In this document: positions 58,510 through 64,000 of the stretch, piece after piece
How positions within the stretch are numbered: the stretch's first letter is position 1
Layout of the letters: each line of letters starts with the position of its first letter
Source of the DNA: an uncultured virus (IMG/VR IMGVR_UViG_3300033994_002454)
Taxonomy: Duplodnaviria; Heunggongvirae; Uroviricota; Caudoviricetes
Reading direction: 5' to 3' (one strand)
Length of the DNA: 64,000 nt
IMG/VR virus record: IMGVR_UViG_3300033994_002454
Coordinates: 1 to 64,000 of that record
The notes under the pieces: model-generated
The model's database searches: none
What the model saw: the letters and a program-made list of their open reading frames with translations, nothing else
Told to the model about the DNA's origin: nothing
Position numbers and translations under genes: made by a program

Positions 58510-59160
58510 TTAGTTGCCCATAGCAAATAATTCTTTTGCTTGATCAGCACCAATTGAGTTTACTATTTGGCGCAAAAATTCTCTTTTATCTTTAATGGAT
58601 CCTTCTCTATATTTTCCTATCAAATCAACTACTTCTTTTTCTTTTTCTCTACCCAATTTTGTTTTGTAATCCATTACATCAAAAAAGCTCATGTAATAGT
58701 ACCCACCAACAGGAGATGCACTTTGTAAAATTTCGTCTGTTGATCTAACTTTAGTATCTGCATATTGACCACCTGCTTTAGCTGGGTTCCATTCTGTAAA
58801 TACTTCAATTGAACCGTCTGATGTAGGGCGATAAATTCCTCCTGCTTGTAGTTCTTTTTCTAGTCCTGCTTTTCTCCAAATTTCTTTATCTGGGATGACA
58901 ATATCTAGATCACCAATTGAACCCTTTAAACCAAAAGCATCCCTTAATTCAGGGTAAAGGTATAAACGAGCTGAGCCTGCTATGAAATATACTTTATCAG
59001 ATTTACGAATACCAAATTTTTCAAATACAATTTTATTAGCTTCACCTAATAGTTTAGTTAATCCTGGATCAATTGCTTCGTCTAATTGGAGATCTTCTTC
59101 TAGTTCCGTCCAAAATTCTTTAAGGAATACCTCTTTTAAATATATTTCAGTTAATCTCAT
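58510..59160 (-). CDS. Pol-beta-superfamily nucleotidyltransferase-like protein
   Basis: IAGSARL..GDLDIV..IEVF..K..REKE. Confidence 0.6.
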   Translation of the reverse strand: MRLTEIYLKEVFLKEFWTELEEDLQLDEAIDPGLTKLLGEANKIVFEKFGIRKSDKVYFIAGSARLYLYPELRDAFGLKGSIGDLDIVIPDKEIWRKAGLEKELQAGGIYRPTSDGSIEVFTEWNPAKAGGQYADTKVRSTDEILQSASPVGGYYYMSFFDVMDYKTKLGREKEKEVVDLIGKYREGSIKDKREFLRQIVNSIGADQAKELFAMGN

Positions 59161-59455
59161 CTCCGTTTAATCTAGCTACTACTTCTTTACTATAAATGTT
59201 TTCTATTGTGAGACGTTTAAATGAAAAAAACATACTTAACGGGCTTGGACCTTTTAAAAATAAAAAGTTATATGCTGACCATTCTGCAGTTACATAGTAG
59301 TCATCTTCCAAGATTTCAAGTAAGCGTAAAGGATTTTCATCAACACTCATCCAATCATAAATATCGCATTCTCTACTAACTTGTTTGATAAACAAGTATA
59401 CTTGTACAACTCTAAGTAGAATCACTAAAATGAGCAAACTTAAGACGATTACCAT
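59147..59455 (-). CDS. membrane-anchored hypothetical protein
   Basis: N-terminal TM helix. Confidence 0.55.
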   Translation of the reverse strand: MVIVLSLLILVILLRVVQVYLFIKQVSRECDIYDWMSVDENPLRLLEILEDDYYVTAEWSAYNFLFLKGPSPLSMFFSFKRLTIENIYSKEVVARLNGDEIN

Positions 59456-59504
59456 AACCTTTATTTTTTCTTCAGCATATGAAAGTTTTCTTTGAAAACC
59501 AAAT

Positions 59505-59810
59505 CTACTTTTTCTTTTCTTTTAAAAATTTGATAGCTTTCACTATTTCAGCACATGTTTCGTAATCTTCATTGTCCTGTAAAATAGATAAGTTTTGTTC
59601 TAAAGTGGTTACAAAATCTTGTTTATCTACTGTTATGTCATATATTGTCTGTTCTTGCTCTACAAGAATAGATAGTGCATGGAAATATCTTCTTCGGCTT
59701 TTTAAGTTTTTCAAAATAGTATCTACTAAAGCTTTTGAAATTCTTAAATCTCTATTCGCAACCATTTTTTCAAATTCCTCACTATCAAATACGCTAATTT
59801 CGGTTGCCAT
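59505..59810 (-). CDS. small protein with C-terminal UVR motif
   Basis: NEDYETCAEIVKAI. Confidence 0.55.
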   Translation of the reverse strand: MATEISVFDSEEFEKMVANRDLRISKALVDTILKNLKSRRRYFHALSILVEQEQTIYDITVDKQDFVTTLEQNLSILQDNEDYETCAEIVKAIKFLKEKKK

Positions 59811-59981
59811 ATCAAAATAAATTTAAAAAGTCTGTATTAATATTTTTTGCTTTTAATTTACTAAGCTTTTCATCATTCTCCAACATTTTTGTAGCCAAAC
59901 GCTCAAGGTGTTTCTCCTTTTGCTTTTCGTAGTCTTTGACTATTTTTGAATGTTTTTTCTTCTTCATCTCGATTATACATA

Positions 59982-60635
59982 TTATTTTTTTCTTGAAACT
60001 AAAGAATATGGATCATCATCAACCTTACCATCCCATAAACCTATTTCTTTTAAACGTTTTTGTTGATAATCGTCTAATTGAAAATCAACCATTTCAGTCG
60101 TTTTATAAATTGTTTGATGACCTTCTAATGACTCCATATCACGTTCAGTAAACACGTTTCCTAAGCGCAGAAAATAACAATTATAGCACGATAATTGACA
60201 GTTTCCATCCCTATAGTTGTGTTTGTTACTGTCTTTAAAGAACATGATAAGGGGTATTTTACCATCTGCTTCTCGTTTTTCATCAAACCCACACCAATAG
60301 CATTGTTCAATTAAATATCCTCCTTCAATTAACTTAAATTTTAGTTTATCTGGGGAAAATGAAGATGGGTCTTCTCTTCCATTGACAATGTCCTCAATTG
60401 CAGGCATTTTTCTTCCAAAGGGAGAATTGCTCATAAATTTTGGAATACCTTTACCTGATTGGTTTTTATGTAGGTCAAACAAGGACATGCCTGTAGCTTC
60501 GTCCTTGTAAGCTTTCATAAACGGTTTAAGGTGCTGGTATGAGCAATTTAAATAACGAGCAGCTGCTTTAACCGAGCGAGTATGTTTCATTGCTCGTAAG
60601 CAATCCTCCTTTGATATCGGTTTTGGGTGTGCCAT
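59982..60635 (-). CDS. HTH plus degenerate HNH-like zinc-binding protein
   Basis: SVKAAARYLNCSY HTH; CYWC..D.N..N..CYNC. Confidence 0.6.
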   Translation of the reverse strand: MAHPKPISKEDCLRAMKHTRSVKAAARYLNCSYQHLKPFMKAYKDEATGMSLFDLHKNQSGKGIPKFMSNSPFGRKMPAIEDIVNGREDPSSFSPDKLKFKLIEGGYLIEQCYWCGFDEKREADGKIPLIMFFKDSNKHNYRDGNCQLSCYNCYFLRLGNVFTERDMESLEGHQTIYKTTEMVDFQLDDYQQKRLKEIGLWDGKVDDDPYSLVSRKK

Positions 60636-60636
60636 A

Positions 60637-60951
60637 TTATAGGTCTTCTAAACCATCCATTAAAGTGGTATCCCAATCAGATAGATCGTCTTCATCTGAA
60701 TTCATTTCTGATTTGTCTAAAACTTCAAATGTAGGTTGTTGTTTGTTTAATTTTTCAAATTTATCAAATTCTTCTGGTTCCATGATTACCATGTCTGTCC
60801 ATGTATGGTCTTTTTCTCCAAACATCATTGGTACTCCTCGTTTTGCTCCTGTTGTTGAGCAGTCAACACAAGTTTTTGTGTTGGGTAATGCTTTAACCCT
60901 TAGTGGGTTAATTTCTTGTTGGCATTTAATGCATATTCTACTTTCCATCAT
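60637..60951 (-). CDS. TraR/DksA-type C4 zinc-finger protein
   Basis: CIKC..INPLRVKALP.TKTCVDC. Confidence 0.75.
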   Translation of the reverse strand: MMESRICIKCQQEINPLRVKALPNTKTCVDCSTTGAKRGVPMMFGEKDHTWTDMVIMEPEEFDKFEKLNKQQPTFEVLDKSEMNSDEDDLSDWDTTLMDGLEDL

Positions 60952-61481
60952 ATCGTTTTAAAAATTTCCATAATTGTTGAGCTGTTTTTATAACATGCTG
61001 TTCTTCATTTTCATCTGTTAGTGGATACACTCCCCCATCAGGAGTCAAACTATCAAACACCCACCATAAAATAATTTCTGATTTTATTTCACCATAATGT
61101 TTTTCAAGTAACATTTTAGTGGATAGGTAAAATGGATTTTCATATTTATTCATCTGAAATCCCACTGTTGATAGAACAGCACCAACAGCTTCAATTTGGC
61201 AGAGTTGTTCTGTTAAATTTAAGAAGAACATTTCTTCTTTTTTTCTTAGAGATTTAGGATTTTCTTCCACTTTAGAGTGTCTTCCTATCAATTCACTTAG
61301 ATTTTTGAACTTTTCTTTCATAAACTTCTTTTACTTCAAATACATTTAAAAAATCTTCTATATTCATCTGTTTTTTAAACGCTGCTTGAAAAGCAGCATC
61401 ATCTTCATTATCCGCATCAAGTATTTTACCTTGAGGTTCTTTTGTTTTGTCTAGTTTATTGTAGTATACATATGTTTTCAT
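60938..61481 (-). CDS. two small hypothetical genes (60938-61321, 61293-61481)
   Basis: ORF track. Confidence 0.5.
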
Positions 61482-61482
61482 A

Positions 61483-62379
61483 TCATATATTTTTTGACAA
61501 CCACTCTTTAAATTTTACTGTTTGAATTTTACCTAATTCACTTTTAAATTTATCGCAATCTAAAGCATATTTTCTATCATGACCTAGTCTATCTTCTACA
61601 TATTTGAAATTTACTTCTTTTCCCAAAAGATCACTGATGATTTTTAATATTTCAATGTTTTGGTATCTTTCTCCAGTTCCAATATTGTAAATTTCTTTTA
61701 CTCGATCAGACATAAGTAATTTGTAAATAGCAGCAGCGTTGTCATCTGCATGTATCCATTCCCTAATTTGCTTACCATCTCCATAAACCGGCACTTCCAA
61801 TCCATTTTTGATTGAATAGATAATTTTTGGAACGAATTTTTCTTTGTGTTGGTTTTCCCCATAATTGTTACATGTACGAGTAATCAAATAAGGAAAATCA
61901 TATGTTCTACCAGCTGCCATTACTAGCAAATCTGAAGCTGTTTTTGTAGCTGAATAATATGAACTGGCTTCTAATGGGGTTTCTTCGTTTGATTCATCTC
62001 TATTTTCTCTATCACCGTAAACTTCATCTGTTGAAATATGTAAAAACTTTTTTAAGTTAGGGTTTTTACGAGCTACTTCTATCATGTTGTAGGTACCTTC
62101 AACGTTTGATCTAACAAACGGCAAACCATTTTTGATTGAATTGTCAACATGAGATTCAGCAGCAAAGTGGACTATATAGTCATATTCACCTAACTCTTCA
62201 GCAGACACATCACAAATGTCTTTTTCAATGATTGGAGTTGGCTGTTTTATATTGTCTCTATTAGCTGCATATGTTGATTTATCTATTATCAATACTTCAT
62301 GGTCAGTATTTTCATTTAAATAATTTACAAAATGCGAACCTATAAATCCTAATCCTCCTGTTACTACTATTTTACTCAT
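61483..62379 (-). CDS. rfbB: dTDP-glucose 4,6-dehydratase
   Basis: TGGLGFIGS, HFAAESHVDNSI, ISTDEVYG, YSATK, NNYG, DRLGHDRKY. Confidence 0.95.
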   Translation of the reverse strand: MSKIVVTGGLGFIGSHFVNYLNENTDHEVLIIDKSTYAANRDNIKQPTPIIEKDICDVSAEELGEYDYIVHFAAESHVDNSIKNGLPFVRSNVEGTYNMIEVARKNPNLKKFLHISTDEVYGDRENRDESNEETPLEASSYYSATKTASDLLVMAAGRTYDFPYLITRTCNNYGENQHKEKFVPKIIYSIKNGLEVPVYGDGKQIREWIHADDNAAAIYKLLMSDRVKEIYNIGTGERYQNIEILKIISDLLGKEVNFKYVEDRLGHDRKYALDCDKFKSELGKIQTVKFKEWLSKNI

Positions 62380-63131
62380 ATGTATTTTAAATTATTTTCT
62401 GGGTTATGTTTAATATGGGTACCCCATTTGTATTGGGCGTATTGATGTCCTAGTTGTTCTGCTTGTTGTCTTTTTTCTCCGTTTGTTGAAACGGAAGCAA
62501 AATGGTAAAAGTGACAATTCCAAGTTCGGATCATTTTTAAATTTGATAGGGAACATTTTAAGAAAAAATCCCAATCTGCTACCATTCCAAGTTCATAGTT
62601 TTCATCCCACCCACCTAAACGAATGTAATCATATTTGTTCATGAATATAGGTAAAGTTGAACCACTTTCTTCTTTTTTATCACCTGAAGCGTAGTGGTAA
62701 TCATAGAGCCAAAATTTTTCTAGATCAAATGTTTTTGGGTCTGTACCTAAATTTTCAATATGAAATTGGGGAAATATTGAAGGGTATGGTTCAATTTGGT
62801 TAGGTGAAATTACTGCCCCATCTTCCCAATCTTCCTCTAACGTAGTATCCCAAAAACGAGGAAACACATTGTCATCGTTTACAATTAATATTTTATCGTG
62901 TTGAGCGTTGTATACTCCTAAATTTGTTCCCCTACACAACCCAACATTTTCTTCCATGTTAAGAACATCAATATGTTCAGACCATTTTTCAAGTACTTCT
63001 TTATTGATGTCGTAAAAACCATCTACAACAACTATAATTTGATTTTGATTTTGTTGTCCTTCAATCGCAGAACGTAAACATAAATCTAGAGCATCTGGAG
63101 ATTTATATGTTGGTATAATTACTGATATCAT
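62376..63131 (-). CDS. glycosyltransferase family 2
   Basis: ISVIIPTY, IVVVDG, NDD, GGWDE, ADWDF. Confidence 0.9.
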   Translation of the reverse strand: MISVIIPTYKSPDALDLCLRSAIEGQQNQNQIIVVVDGFYDINKEVLEKWSEHIDVLNMEENVGLCRGTNLGVYNAQHDKILIVNDDNVFPRFWDTTLEEDWEDGAVISPNQIEPYPSIFPQFHIENLGTDPKTFDLEKFWLYDYHYASGDKKEESGSTLPIFMNKYDYIRLGGWDENYELGMVADWDFFLKCSLSNLKMIRTWNCHFYHFASVSTNGEKRQQAEQLGHQYAQYKWGTHIKHNPENNLKYI

Positions 63132-63132
63132 T

Positions 63133-63816
63133 TTAATTGTTTATTTGCTTCCAATCAATTGTAGGTGACATTAATCCTTCCATACAATGTGTTGATAATC
63201 CTGGGATAGGGGTAAGTACAAATCTTGATTTGGTTTGGGCTAAATGTAGAAATTTATTGTGATCACCTTTTATAGAAGTATGGTCTTCAAAATCATCTTC
63301 AAATACCTGTTTTGAAATAACAAAACTTCCACAAGTACTAGGAGTTGTTCTCCAGTGGTGTTTTTTAGTTGTAAAAATTTTAGAAGCTAAATCTTCGTAC
63401 ATTGGTAAAAAATATTTGTCATTATGATCATATAAAGAAACATAATTTAATCCTTGGAAAGTTGAAAATAAATCTTCAATTTTTTCTACCCAATTTTCAA
63501 CATGTAAATAATCATTTTCTAAAAAATATACTAAATCTTTTTCTCCAATCAAAGTTTGTTTAGCTATTTTCCAAGTTTCCCAAAAAGATATTTGATCTGA
63601 TTTTGCATCTATAGTATGTAAAGTATATTTGTCTTGGTATTTTTTTACAAAGTTATTTTCAATACTTCCATCCATTATTAAGTGGAGGTCAACATTTTTA
63701 CCTTCTATAGTGTTTAAAAGGTTTACAAAACACTTTTCAAAATCAAACCATTGAGGGCGATTTTTGTAATCTGAACCTTCTATATTATAATGTCTGTAAA
63801 ATATGTGTATTTTCAT
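63133..63816 (-). CDS. GT-A-fold glycosyltransferase-like protein
   Basis: VYFLENDYLH, YVSLYDH, PIPGLSTH. Confidence 0.65.
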   Translation of the reverse strand: MKIHIFYRHYNIEGSDYKNRPQWFDFEKCFVNLLNTIEGKNVDLHLIMDGSIENNFVKKYQDKYTLHTIDAKSDQISFWETWKIAKQTLIGEKDLVYFLENDYLHVENWVEKIEDLFSTFQGLNYVSLYDHNDKYFLPMYEDLASKIFTTKKHHWRTTPSTCGSFVISKQVFEDDFEDHTSIKGDHNKFLHLAQTKSRFVLTPIPGLSTHCMEGLMSPTIDWKQINN

Positions 63817-64000
63817 TAGAAGGTATATTTAAAATATTTGTAAAATAATTAGCAACATTGATAATTTGTTGTTTTTCTATTTGGATTAAATGTTCTCTTA
63901 ATAAATGTCTAGTTTGAGATGCCTTTTCAATTTCTTCAACTCCAAAAGCGATCCCATATTTAAATATTGGTTGTTTATCTATAATGTTTTCTCTAGTTTC
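63816..64000 (-). CDS. C-terminal end of a gene running in from the window edge
   Basis: Open frame ..KYGIAFGVEEIEKASQTRHLL..NIPF stop at 63816. Confidence 0.5.

Larger units (their letters stand above)
30795..59502 (-). promoter_or_regulatory. class-B host-type promoters TTG(G/A)-N15-TTCGTATATT-like
   Basis: Core at 30795, 31517, 46299, 51154, 53902, 58477, 59474, each followed on + after 15 nt by CCAA/TCAA; equals TTG-N20-TAnnTT, the Bacteroidota sigma70 architecture. Confidence 0.7.
1913..59982 (-). promoter_or_regulatory. late-type motif ATAT(T/G)TAT(A) close upstream of structural/late genes
   Basis: + strand (T)ATAAATAT or (T)ATACATAT at 1913, 5190, 9433, 14303, 21914, 24530, 27326, 29907, 31304, 37024, 52186, 56317, 57126, 57760, 59974. 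Confidence 0.65.

Noticed and set aside
1913..59982. TATAAATA on + strand read as T4 late promoters driving rightward transcription
   Set aside because: No + strand genes follow. The motif sits close upstream of minus-strand starts and tRNAs, so the functional orientation is more likely ATATTTATA.
2522..60961. Short + strand ORFs in the six-frame track
   Set aside because: They are antisense shadows of minus-strand genes (Ser/Phe/Ile-rich, no motifs, no promoter elements) or overlap tRNAs.
1..64000. Stop-codon reassignment
   Set aside because: Long genes are intact in the standard code; TAA, TAG and TGA all end genes at tight junctions; no clear suppressor tRNA.
53932..64000. Host chromosome flank of a prophage
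   Set aside because: The host-like genes are interleaved with phage-type genes and carry the same phage promoter motifs; no integrase or att site seen.

Overview
AT-rich segment of a large lytic tailed (myovirus-like) phage genome. The host is probably a Bacteroidota/Flavobacteria-type bacterium, inferred from TTG-N19/20-TAnnTT promoters, A-rich SD-less leaders and a T9SS-cargo-like gene. Essentially all real genes are on the minus strand. 1-11.6 kb: putative head-packaged proteins and enzymes (kinase-like, nuclease-like, HAD nucleotidase, HxGH nucleotidyltransferase, P-loop kinase), an exonuclease and a primase. 11.6-27 kb: contractile-tail baseplate module. 27-31.5 kb: gp55-like sigma factor, HD hydrolase, T5orf172 protein. 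31.7-50.8 kb: an early/accessory array in which about 35 near-identical bipartite elements (GGAATA-N17-TTCGTATATT) precede single small genes or short gene groups, and five of them have a terminator hairpin built into the spacer. Its left 5.5 kb is bracketed by two non-coding blocks sharing a 12-bp inverted repeat. It holds genes whose coding strand is almost or completely free of cytosine, two tandem AT-hook proteins and three non-canonical tRNA-shaped RNAs. Two more tRNA-like RNAs with inserts in the anticodon arm lie at 45.1-45.4 kb. 51-64 kb: tail-fibre-like gene, phosphoesterase, T9SS-cargo-like protein, 8 canonical tRNAs, TraR/DksA-like protein, rmlB and glycosyltransferases. Product calls come from motif recognition by eye, not database searches.
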